The notes under the pieces were generated by a model, which saw only the letters and a program-made list of their open reading frames with translations, was not told the DNA's origin and did no database searches. Positions 12,172 through 26,246 of a DNA stretch of 64,000 bases are shown in pieces. The translations under genes were made by a program, and so were the position numbers. Numbering within the stretch: position 1 is the stretch's first letter; each line of letters starts with the position of its first letter. Source of the DNA: Balanoglossus misakiensis (lineage: Eukaryota > Animalia > Hemichordata); the NCBI GenBank assembly GCA_040954595.2, contig CM082589.2, positions 710,988 through 774,987 of the forward strand, written 5' to 3'.

Positions 12172-14376
12172 ACACAACAAGATGTAGAGGTCCGCTGGTG
12201 TTTATCTTGATGTTTGTCGTATACGACTTTTACCTATGTCCGTTCAGTACATTAAATTCATTTGACATGTTTTTAAAGACATTTTGCGTATCAAATCACT
12301 TCTTGTAGCACTCACGGGCATTGTAACTGTGGATTGTGCACGGGCATACACATTTTGCGGGCGTTTCTGGGACCGCTTTATTTTCTGACCCTTTTTTCGA
12401 TGTTTTTTCTCTCGATAAAAATTACCAAAAGCTATGTATGTTAACTCCAATATATAAGGTGTTAGGCAACTATATCGAAAATGAATTTTCTATTATACTT
12501 GTGTGCAGAAATCGGTCATTTGCATCGATGTTTGCTTTTACACTGACACAAATGGTGGCCTAAATGTAAATGCCTATACGCCACGACTCTACATCTCTTA
12601 TCTGATGATTTATGATAGATGGATGGTTTTGCAGACAAACCGACGCTGTCATGAGTTTATCTTTGTACACGTACCATGCACTTAATTGATTGCCTGAAGG
12701 TAAATTACTAGTACATATTACGCCTATCAGAAATTAAAATGGCTTATTTGCACCAACCCTGAAATGAGTCTTGATCGTTTCTCGCAATTTGACAACAAGA
12801 CCAGAAAGATCATGATGTGCGTCACATACTTGTAAATATTGAGACAATGCTTTTGAAACTAACTAACTATCTAACTAGCTGTTAACCAGGCCTAACTAGC
12901 TGTCTGTCTCTCTGTCTACATCTGCCTGCCAGTACGTAGTGTCTGTACGTCTTTCTGTCAATATCAGTCACACCTAACTTGTAATTTTTATCTTTGAGTG
13001 CACATCAATTCATCCATTGCAAATCGCACAAATCATTTTAAACAGCGTGACAGTTATTATTCTGCAAAATGACATGTCTGACAAAATGATGAATTTAACC
13101 CAACTTTGAAAGTCAGGTGAGATGTAACTTGTAACGTAATGGGGTTATATTTAAGGAGTTTTAGCGCATGTGCGCAGGATAAATTGATATTTATCACGTA
13201 GGATTTGTCAATTTCACATCCCATACGACAGGTTCCCTTAACCAGTGTCGTGTCCCTTGCGTGGTTTGTTTATGAATATGTATAACGACCTTTGACGTCA
13301 GTATGAGTAGATGCACTCATCCGACAATGGAACCTGGTATGCATATTTTACATTTCATATTTTAAATTTATGAACACATACGTGAATAAAATTGCAGGTT
13401 AAAGGTTAGTGACAAGACAAATAAAAATGTAGAAGGGATATGTATTTTTCGTTGCAGTAAGTAACATTAATAATTTGTCATGGGAATATTTCCAGTGGTA
13501 CTTCAAATCGTGTTGACTGTACGCCAAAACGGCCTTGTCTGATAAATGATATCATTAATTCTACAGGTAGGCCCCTATATATAGCATGTCTATAGCCATC
13601 GCGGATGAAACGCTGTAATAAACACCTTGGTTGTCAGTTCGCTTTTGGTGCCGTTGCGTCTGACTGCTCCCCAAAGAAACCAGGCCATAAATATAGTAGC
13701 GCGTATTTTTTTTATTTAATTAGTTATGCTAGAAAGGCTAAATTATAACTGCCACCAGCCGAGGAAAATCTCAAAGATTGGTCTCAGCGTTTTCATCAAT
13801 TTTCATGCAGATGTTGTAAGTGAACCGGAGACCGAGAGATATTCTATTCCGAACGCGCTCGACGCCCTCTGGGCTAGATGTTATCCCTCGTGTGAACCAC
13901 CTGCTCCGGTTCGTACACATCCAACGTATCTGTACCGAAAACCGGAAAGGGTAATGCAGAATGAATGTACTGCATAGCCATCACATTTGTGAACTATTAA
14001 TGATGCCTGTCAACCACGGAACACAGTGTATACACAGACGAATGACTAAAATATAACAGTCACAAGCCCAGCATATGAAGCAGGGCACAGTCTAATTTTA
14101 GTATGCTTAGAATTCCTCGTGAAAAACAAACATAAAAGTCTTTGAAATATTAAAGGTTCTTTGCTTTAATAATTGATACTCTATGTAAATAATATAATTG
14201 ATATACTTGAATTATGCAAATAATTCCGATGACGATTACTTTCCGAATGCACGAGGCGACAGCCGAGCGGGCGTTGATTTTTAATGACTTTTATTATCAC
14301 TCTCGATTTATTCATTTATATTCAAATTTTGTAAGCAAAACAGGCAGGTCAGTCGCGTCTGTGTTTTGGGGCTAAC

Positions 14377-17300
14377 ATGATGGAGGCGGCGAACGCGAAA
14401 GATCCGTACCCACGTTCGCTGGCTTCGCCTCATATCGACCCGTGTACCATCAAACGGAGTCGCGGCAGAAGCAATCGCGTTATCATCAATGTTGGAGGGG
14501 TTCGACATGAAGTGATGTGGAAAACACTGGCCCGTCTGCCCCGCACGCGACTGGGACGCCTCCGAGAATGCACCACACATGAAATGATAATGGCCGTCTG
14601 TGATGACTACAGTATTTTGGAAAAGGAAAAATTGGAATACTTCTTCGACAGACACCCCGAATCTTTCCGGGCCATTTTGAATTTCTACCGCATGGGTAAA
14701 CTGCACATGATCGAGGAAATGTGCCCGGTATCTTTTGGCGATGAACTTGCCTACTGGGGCATCGATGATTTGTATCTGGAAAATTGTTGTCAACACAAAT
14801 ACCATCAAGTGAAGGAACAAGTGAAAGAAGAACAAAACCGGATCCACCTCACCCTCAAAGAACAAGAAGAGGAATATTTTGGGGTCGGATGTTTTGCCGA
14901 CAAGCGCAAGAAAGTTTGGGCGCTCATGGAAAAGCCCGAGTCATCAACACCCGCCAGGGTAAGTGGGTTACAAAAAGTGCATCTGTTGACACGTCCCGTC
15001 TGGTTGGCACTGTTTCACACGTTTCATCACTTCCCATTGTCCCCCATATCTGTAAGTAAACGACAATCAATCCACAGCAAACCTGTTAATATCACCAGCA
15101 AAATTTATAGTTAGAAAGGACAATAATTTCATGCAGTGTTAATTGCTAAACAAACAAAACAAAACAAGGTAGAGATGCCATATGTAACCCAGAGGCTCAC
15201 ACAGCACTATCTCTGTACAACAACCCGCTATTATATTTTTGGTTTAAAACATCCACTGTCGGCATATCGGCTTCGTTGTGTTGCAGTGTTTTTGCTGGTC
15301 GACCAAGACACACGCTTAAAGTCAGCGTCGACAATAACGACAGTACGTCGAATATTGACGCCGACAGCAAAACGGCGGGTAGGGTTTCCAATGACCTAGG
15401 AATTAATTACTGAATTTTAAATATAATGTGATCAGTAGCAGAATTACATGCTTCTGTTAATAACACACTGAAGGATAAAACGTTTGGAAATGTCTGAATA
15501 AAACAATTAATTGAAATATTATGCTTTCCACATTTTCAGTGGTAATTATACTGCACGTAGGCCCATAGTCAAAAGGTTTGCGATGAATATTCACAAGCCG
15601 TTATCTCTATTGCATAGCAGATGGGAGGACTAATATTATTCCATCCACGTATGGTTTTAACGACACTATTTATAAATACATCCGCTATGTGCGCTGTGTG
15701 TCAGTGTGTATGTATGTATATGTGGATTTTGGCATGGTGTTAAGTTGGAGTATGCATTTGGTTTTATGTATGATATTGTTTTATGGTAGGCAAGGCAGGT
15801 GATCAGACCTACTATTTTTTCAAGTAATAAAACTGGCAAATTATTCGGTTAGATAAAATAGAATCTCTACCATAGCTTAGAAAAGTTTTATCCCACAAAC
15901 TCATCTATCATTCATATCCGCGTGCATTCGTTCCTTTCTTGGAATTCCGATTTTTCCTTTAAAATTCGAGTAGGTAGTTTACGATTGGCAAATTTACTTT
16001 TCCACAATAAACGTAGATTTGCCATCAATTTAATAACCCGTAGCAGCTGTCATTCATATCAAGCGTATGAATGGAATGAACTGCTAATGATTGAATGACA
16101 AACGTGATAAGTTATATCGTCCTGAAATTAACGTTTTTTTTTCCATTAGGCCGATGTGTAGATTCTACAAAAGAAATCCTTTACCATGTAGGTTTCAAAG
16201 CATGTTACAATCACACCTTGTTCGTTTCCAGCACTCTGATTGGTGGCTTCATTGCCAGCGTCATGCACGCAGAGGGCGCATTATCGGTCAACAGTTTTCG
16301 AACTGTTACCCGACAATTGTGTAATGTTGCAGGAAAACAAAAAACGGTCAACAAGACACTGCAACAGACAGTTTCAGACTCATTATCAATGCAATTGGGT
16401 AATGAAAATGAAATTTTCATGACCCTTAATGGTTATTAATAGTCCTAATAGTTCGCAACAAAAATCATTAAAATCGATCGACGATGAAGTAATGACGACA
16501 TAGGCAAGAGGTTCTGTGAGGAGACAATATATTTTCAAACGTGTGTTGGTTGTTTGGGGACATCTGTTGCCGTATTTAGGACAGCATATGTACATGAGCC
16601 TTGATAGCTGTAGATAACAATATTTATCATTTTATATGGACAATAAAACGCCATTAGTGAGACAGTTGAAACAGAATCCAGAAAGGCGATCATTTATGTC
16701 AACTATTCTGCAATGGTTAGATGCGCTAGATGTGGCCCATAACTGTACCTGCAATATTCACTACGAAGTGCATTGGTTTTTAGGCTCGTTCGAGTATCAA
16801 AGTCTAAAATTATCAGAGTTATATTTACACCAACAGCGCTAGCGATTACTTACTGGTATTGTAATATGACGGTCATTTATTATGTTGCAAATGGAATGAG
16901 AATTGAGAATGAATAATGAGCTTTAAAAAGACCAGTGTCACAGTGTTTAACAGTGTTTTTGCATAATCCTGGCTGTGTTTGGTATTAATGAGCTTTTATG
17001 TATTTTTGAAATTGTTACAAGGTGAACTTGTGGTTGGTAGAGCTGTACTCTTGCACTGTCATAATATGCACAGCATCTAAAGGTGATATTAAAATTATAT
17101 AATTTCTTGTATGTACCAGCCATTTCTACGGACTTATTCAAACATGAGTTGTAACAACTGATAATTATATTAATCGCAGTAAGCATATTACATGAATAAG
17201 TTTGTATCATAAAACAACAGAAAACAAAATTGGACCTTTTCCTTCTGATCAACTGCCTGGACAAATTACAAGTCACATTGACGTGTCCTACTGCCATGGT

Positions 17301-20204
17301 CACGATGTTCTCTTAGGGCTGGATAATTAACATGAGAAGTTTATTTATAGCTTGTGCTGAGTGCTTTATTCAGATGGCATAAGATAGGTCTTACGTCTCT
17401 AGCATATCTAATTGTATATCTATTAACAACATCTTTCTAATTATCTCAATATCTCCACCACATCGAGCCTGACGATTTGCAAACTACAGCCCCTATAGCT
17501 GTCACTTTTGGAACTAGTACAAGTAACTTTATGACAATGTGACTGTTATGTTTCCAGACTGCTGGGCCAAGTCTAAACGTATTACTGCGATAAGGCATCA
17601 TGCCACGCTGACGATCTCCACACTTTCACTATACCAATCAGCAATCCTTCACATTTTAGCTTATATCAGAGACCAATTTCATTTAAAAATTCAATCAATC
17701 AAGCGACTCTTGTATGAAAAACTAATTCCCGTAAACTACACACCCTTTACACCCCGTGAACTAAAACACGACAGGCCATGAAATGTAAAGCCATGTTAAT
17801 TTGCAAATAACTTCGTCAATTTATGTAATTACACGGATTTTTTCCGTGGCAATATCATTTAAATTACAAAATTGGTAGTCGTCGTGTCCTTGGGGGAGAA
17901 ACTTAAAGGCTGCTTATAGATGCTTGACATGTCACTACACGTTGGGCTCAGCTGGTCGCTTCATCTAAAGAATTTATAAAATATTGCGCTGAAGTAGATT
18001 TGCCACAGAAAGGTGGCATTTGCACGTTCTCCGTGGAGATTACAAGACAAGGAATTTGCATATTTTTCTGCAAATGCTACAGATGGGTGGGAATAACCGT
18101 CCGAATACCTATACAGACGAGAACGTCCATTAGAATGCTAATTCTAGAAGGATTAAGTTGAAATTGCCTGTAATAGAGGGACTGTGGCCTGGGTTAGAAA
18201 AGAATAGGATAAAATTGTCGAGAGAACATAAGCTTGCAGCAATTATAGCATGTGACAACACGTTATCCGGAAATCAATTAACATGTATTAAGGGCCATTA
18301 TCCCATCGGTAAAAATACAGTGACTGTAGTGTTAATTAAAGCTTCAGGCAGTGTTGGCGGGCGGGGCATAAAAGGGCAAATGTGCAAGAAGACAATTGTG
18401 TTCCATATGGTACCCCTATTTCACCAAATATAAATTTAGACTATATTTACTATTTTCTTTGACATTTTAAATACTCGTACAACCTTTTGATCATGTAATT
18501 AATGCAAAGTGAAACTTTATCAGATTAAAAAGGAGCGTCTTTTCTATTTTCCAGATCGTTGCGATTTTGTCCATCCTCTTCATCGTATTGTCCACCATTG
18601 CTCTGTCACTGAACACGATTCCCAGCCTTCAAGACAAAGACAAATATGGCCAGCCAGGAGACAATCACGAACTAGCAATGGTTGAAATGGTTTGTATTGC
18701 CTGGTTTACAATGGAATATGTTCTCAGATTATTGTCAGCACCGTATAAGTGGCAATTCTTCAAAGCCCCGTTGAACGTCATAGATCTCATCGCCATATTG
18801 CCGTTTTACATCACGTTGTTTCTCACTGAGTCAAACGACAGCTATCTGCAGGTTAACAACGTCCGTCGCGTGGTGCAAATCTTCAGGATCATGCGAATTC
18901 TGCGAATCTTGAAACTAGCCAGGCACTCCACCGGACTCAAAGCGCTTGGACACACCCTGACGACGAGTTACACAGAACTGGGTCTTCTCACTCTCTTCAT
19001 AGGGATAGTCGTCATGTTGTTTTCAAGTTTAGCCTATTTCGCCGAGAAGGATGACCCCAACACGCTCTTTGAGAGCATCCCCATCGCTTGTTGGTGGGCG
19101 GCAATCACTATGACAACGGTTGGATATGGGGATCTGTATCCAAAGACGCTACTAGGGAAACTTGTTGGTGCCGTGTGTTGCATCTGCGGCGTGCTGGTCA
19201 TCGCTTTACCCATTCCCATTATTGTCAATAATTTTTCGGATTACTATCAGGAGCAGAAGAGACACGAGAAAACCATGAAACGAAGGGAAGCTCTGGAAAA
19301 GGCCAAAAAAGACGGGACCTTGGTTAGTGTCAATGTAAGATACGCGTGGATGGATATGGTGGACATTTTAGTGGATAACAAGAAAGGGTCGCCGCGACTT
19401 GAAGGTCGAAGTGTTTCCAATCTGTCGTTGGAGTACCCGGTCGAAAATGATCAACAACGCAATAATAAGACGCACAATTTACAAGTAGGTACTGGAACTA
19501 TCTATCATTCTTCGGGGCGTCTGTCTCCTCGTGGATCGGGACGAAGACGCTTACAGAGTTCTTCCAGTATGGCTTCGGACACCTGTCGGGAACCGGTGGG
19601 GAGAACGCATGGCGTCATAGGAGGGATGGGTGTCATGGCAACTGGTCCGGGGATCTGCATTGGCGGGAAAGACTGCGAAGGAGAAGAGGGAAAGAGCGAC
19701 GGCGAGACTTCGCCCTGCCTCGGAATAAATCAAGATTTCCGAAACAAAAACGAGAGAGACAGAATGGAATTGCCCAACATCCGGGTCACCACAGCTTCAT
19801 CAAAGGGTTCGGGAAGCCGTCTGGACACCGATGATGACGACAAGCGAAGTTTTTCTTCGGTGGATTCTGACGACAGAAAGACGCCACCGACGGCCGTGAA
19901 GAGGCCATTCTTAAAAGGGAGATTTAAAAAGCCAAGTAATAGCCTTGCAGCCATAAGACGTTTTGCTAATCTAAGAGGGAGGGGTCGTGCAACCGATCGA
20001 TCTGCCACGCAATCAAGTGACAGTGCATCCGAATCTTACAGTCCAAACAACGCAAGAAATGCTGACTTAAACAACAAAATGGGCGCTGCCGACGTTGATG
20101 TCGAGAAAGGTCAGTTGGACCGCACACCAAGGAACGAGATCTCGCCCGATGATCCTCCGGAAGCGAGAAACTCCTTGGAAGAAATTGAACTTAATAACAT
20201 GTAA
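14377..20204 (+). CDS. Shab: Voltage-gated potassium channel Kv2 (Shab/KCNB), 743 aa, 2 coding exons
   Basis: Exon 14377-14958 encodes the T1 domain ([13 protein letters not shown]..., [16 protein letters not shown]). Exon 18555-20204 encodes S1-S6, with S4 [21 protein letters not shown], pore TMTTVGYGD, Kv2-type PIP hinge and proximal C-terminus [25 protein letters not shown]. The phase-0 intron lies just before S1, as in vertebrate KCNB genes. Confidence 0.96.
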
Positions 20205-20913
20205 ACTCCAACTTCCATCTCAATTAGTTATGTAGTTATAATGAAGGACAACCGTCATAGTAAGCTATTAAAGGCATTTCGTGGTATTTGGGTACACCAA
20301 GACGAACCAATGCACAATGAAAATAAAATGTCTTTCAGTTTTATTAATCATTGCAAAACAATAATACTATGCAAAACCGACGCAGTATTCGGTTCAAGTG
20401 TTTTCCAAGCAAATCGCAAAGCTTATTGTAGTAACAAAATATGTAGATCATTCGCTTGAAATTCAAATTAAGTCTTCTCCATCTGATATTGGTAAATTTT
20501 ATCCTGGTAGCTAAATGTTTAAACTTAGTTTTTAAGAATTGAACAAATCATATTCGAAATATAAAGAAGTGATCATATGAGACTCACGTTAAGAAATTTC
20601 AGTATACAGATAACTTCCTGGTGCAGTGGTAATTTCCTCTGCAAGATAAACCACGTCTTCCTCATCAAGTGCGCCCGTCAATTCAAGATTAAAACCGAAT
20701 TCAATTTTACTGATAATTCAATTCTCTTTTGACATGGTTGATGTAATTAGCAGTGATAGGGTTTAATACTTCTTGTAAATAAAGCATTTAAATTGGAAGT
20801 ATGAAATATAACTTACCTTACTGAATTTTAAAATGTGGGAAGTAACTCCTTCAATACTATTGTAAACTTCAATAATAATAATAAAACATTTACATCATAG
20901 TAGTATTCGATCA

Positions 20914-21139
20914 CTAAAGGGGAGGGTCGCCTGAACTGCACATGCGTGAGGTTTCTGTGTATAAACACACCGTCAGCACTGTTCAGGGAGACCCTGTTAA
21001 CCAATACAGTTAATACAAAGTAACAATCACATTGTTTGCAATTATGTACATTGTAGCAATTACACGTTGCGCCTACTTTGACGTATTGTCGTATTGGACC
21101 AATATACGCAGCCGCAGAGGAGACGACCCCACCCTTTAA
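20914..21139. mobile_element. Degenerate MITE with TTAA-type ends (Kolobok/piggyBac-like termini)
   Basis: The left end TAAAGGGGAGGGTCGCCTGAACTGCACATGCGT and the reverse complement of the right end, TAAAGGGTGGGGTCGTCTCCTCTGCGGCTGCGT, match at 24/33 positions. Flanks are CTAA and TTAA. Confidence 0.45.
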
Positions 21140-21230
21140 TATGGCAATTGTTTGACTTTCTATTCAATGCGGTATTCATGCAAAAAAAAAAGAAATTTTA
21201 CAAGATTTACTTGAGGATGTGACTTATTTA

Positions 21231-21543
21231 AGCAATAAAACACCCCCAGCCATGGTATATCACGAGATTTTGACCAGTTCACGACATATACGCACGAGCG
21301 ATAGCGAGTGCGTATATGGAGTTGAACTGGTCAAAATCGAGTGGTATACCATGGCTGGGGGTGTTTTATTGCTATTATATTATGCCAGTATATTGAAACT
21401 TTGCATAAAAAATTTTAAAAAGGCATTTTCTTTAACTATGATATATGACTGTGGTATATGGCTAATATATCACGGTCACGTGTCGTGTCTCGACCAATCA
21501 AATAGCGTGATTTACACCATCAATATACTGGTATAATATAATA
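21231..21543. mobile_element. Palindromic non-autonomous DNA element with two adjacent inverted-repeat units
   Basis: Near-perfect hairpin 21231-21373 (AGCAATAAAACACCCCCAGCCATGGTATA ... TATACCATGGCTGGGGGTGTTTTATTGCT), immediately followed by a second inverted pair at 21373-21396 / 21520-21543 (23/24 match). Confidence 0.7.
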
Positions 21544-23270
21544 CGGTAATATTACTAATACGGTACATACCATTTGGGAGTTCTTCCTAAGATAATACTA
21601 AATTTACGATTTTAAATCCTGTGGAATGTTTCATTTCCTCACAAGGGGGAAGCACTATTGTACATGTACATAAATCAATTCTACTCTTTTCCAGTTTTTG
21701 TATCTCATATAATACATTATGCAAATCATGCAGGGTTCAACTCAGCTATAGATAAGAGACGCCAATGCTTCAAACCCAATTTCTCATTACTGAGGCTAAT
21801 TCTAATCTTTAATCTTGTCACGTATGAAGACACGTCAAGATTTCCTATTCACAAGTATTTTGCATTATAATTAACACTACTAAACGTACAAACTTTGCTT
21901 TGTCTTATACATTCTGGTCATATAAATTGACGATTTACAGACATCCTTATGTATGTTACTCTATTCAGAGGGTATTTTACATGTAAATATTTCAAAGATA
22001 TAATATTAATTAATAATGATTCTCTTTTTATTGATATGACTCGCATTTATCATGTTTATGTTAACTTTTCTATTTTTCTATGCGGATGTCTTCCCGCCAA
22101 TTCGATTTATACAAATGAGAGAGGTGAAAGTTCAGTCGCTAAAGGACGTCATGGTAGCTATCCAGACAGTTTAGAAAGATACGGCAGTTTAATTTAATCC
22201 GTCGATTCAGTAATGAACACCTCATCTACTCATCCTAGCAAGTATATAGTCAAACAGTTCACAGCATTGTTTAATAAGGAGTCAATGTTACAGATAATTG
22301 TGTATTGTTTGCATTGCTAGCCATACTGTACCTACCATGCTAATTATAACACACGTAGCTTGATATTTCAAGATAGATAAACAAGATTTTGTTGACAAGA
22401 AACGTAAGCTTTATAGATTATTAATTTTCACCGCTCATTATCATTCAGTTTTGGAAATATTTTAATATCTATTTCAATACCATCTCTTTATACACTTTTT
22501 ATACGATCTATTCAAAGTTACCGCATGTATCTTATGAACATATTACACATTTCTTATAAAGATGCTTTGTTTTGTGGTAATGGTTACCATAAAACTCGAT
22601 ATCTGAAGGCGGGTTATTGAAAATTGATTTAATATTTAAATTGTTCATCGTTATATTTATATTATTCCATTTGATAAATGATTTTTTCGCATTTCTTACA
22701 TATTATAGATGTTATAGTATAACTGTTAACAGAAACTAAATTCTCGATTCATGAATGCAGAAAATAGCAATATCTACTGACTTGTACATATTCTTGATTA
22801 TCCTATTTCCAATCTTCTCTACACTTAGTGTGACATAGGTAGAAATTATCTTCAGCAATCAAGGTTCTATAACTCTACCATATTTCCTATAACGACTTCA
22901 AATCTTACTGACTTCTTCAGTCTTTGAATTCTTCTTTCATCTCTGCCAACTCACACCAAGCTTTTCAGTATAGACTTTATAACTCTCTAAATTACGATCT
23001 CGTTGTCATGGAAATCAAAGCCTGCCAGTTCAGGGATTCGCTCCAGCGCTGAGACGTAATGTTTTGCCAAACTCTATTCTCTAATCAATTAATTAATTGA
23101 ATAAACCAACAAATATGCAATAAAGATATCCAAATAACGTATGTGCAGTAGTCTTATTTATTCTCGATATGAGATCAGTACCCGCGTACATATACAATGT
23201 ACTAGCAGATGTGGTGTCCGAACGCGATTGAGTTCACTGGAATGCGAACGCAGGAGGGCGTTCTCTTCCA

Positions 23271-23284
23271 GTTCCCATGACAAC
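23271..23284 (+). promoter_or_regulatory. RFX X-box upstream of mini-IQANK1
   Basis: GTTCCCATGACAAC fits the GTHNYY-AT-RRNAAC consensus, 140 bp upstream of ATG 23424. A second near-match, GTTGTCATGGAAAT, lies at 23002-23015. Confidence 0.6.
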
Positions 23285-23423
23285 GGCGTCGTTCTAAACA
23301 AGTCTTTCACGTGTACGTGCGTTCTATCAATCCCACATTACGTAATCAGCTTTGTGGATGCAGTTCAGTTGACCTGTAAGACTCGTTATCCTTGGGTCGT
23401 TGAATTCCGCCCCTGCAGCCGAA

Positions 23424-25191
<1,768 letters not shown>

Positions 25192-26246
25192 GCAGACGAC
25201 ACTGCGTGAAGCGTGATACGACTCTACGGAAGTGGAACTTTTGCGGGGAAATGGCGGCACAAGAGGACTGATGATAGAGAACAACCGTCTCCCTGACAAC
25301 GCCCCGGTAGATAGATCTCTGTGTGCTTTCTTTAATTTTTCACTTTTTAAGCAGACTTCACAAATTACAGTTGCAGGTTTTGCCAGGAATGGTGTCACAT
25401 TATCACTCAAATACTAGACTTTTTAAAGTAGTCACTCCAAATCATCTCCATCTCCTGTTCAGATATTATCGATATAACCATACTCTCATATCACAACCGA
25501 CACGTGCAATATGTATGCCTAATTATGATTACCTGGGGTGCATTAGTAAAGCTGATACAAAGTGAAAATACCATTGTCTTCTATAAATAGATCATATTTG
25601 CATTTCGTGGATGAATGATTGCATCCTGGTCGTAGAAACTAGTTAAGTGACAAGAGCTTAGCAATAAATAATATTTGACAGGAGAAAGTGCACGTTTGAT
25701 ACTAAAATATCAATCTTTTACATATCAGTATATTAAAAATGTACATGTTTTATTCGATATAAGTATCGAATTGAATAAAATATACAAATGAATACATATG
25801 ATAAATCGTTAATTAAAGTTATAAAAGGGTTGTGAATGCAACACTAAAGGCAAGAATATCATCTCTGGGAAGTTGACGCACATGTGCATCTAAGCCTCTT
25901 TGTCATTCTTACAAAAGTAAACAATTAAAACATACAATAATAACAAAACAAAGAAAAATATATCGATGCGTATAAATGAAATGTCACAAGAAAATCTTGC
26001 TACGCGATATATTTCTTCGGCAAAAAAATATTAAATTACTTGTTAGAGACTTTCTCTATTCAAAGTCTGTATTATAAATATAGGTGTCCTTTATTCGAAA
26101 CATAATTAAATTCTTTTGATATTGATCTCAAGGGCAAATTTAAGTGAAGGAAGACGAGTTATAATTATCTTGACATAAAGCCCTTAGGCGATGTTCCTTT
26201 AATATTTAAATACTTAGGGTCTATGCTCTGGTCTGCCTCGGTGACG

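Noticed and set aside
14308-14865. 185-aa minus-strand ORF
   Set aside because: Antisense shadow of the Kv2 T1 exon.
21219-21536. 105-aa ORF
   Set aside because: Lies wholly within the palindromic repeat element.
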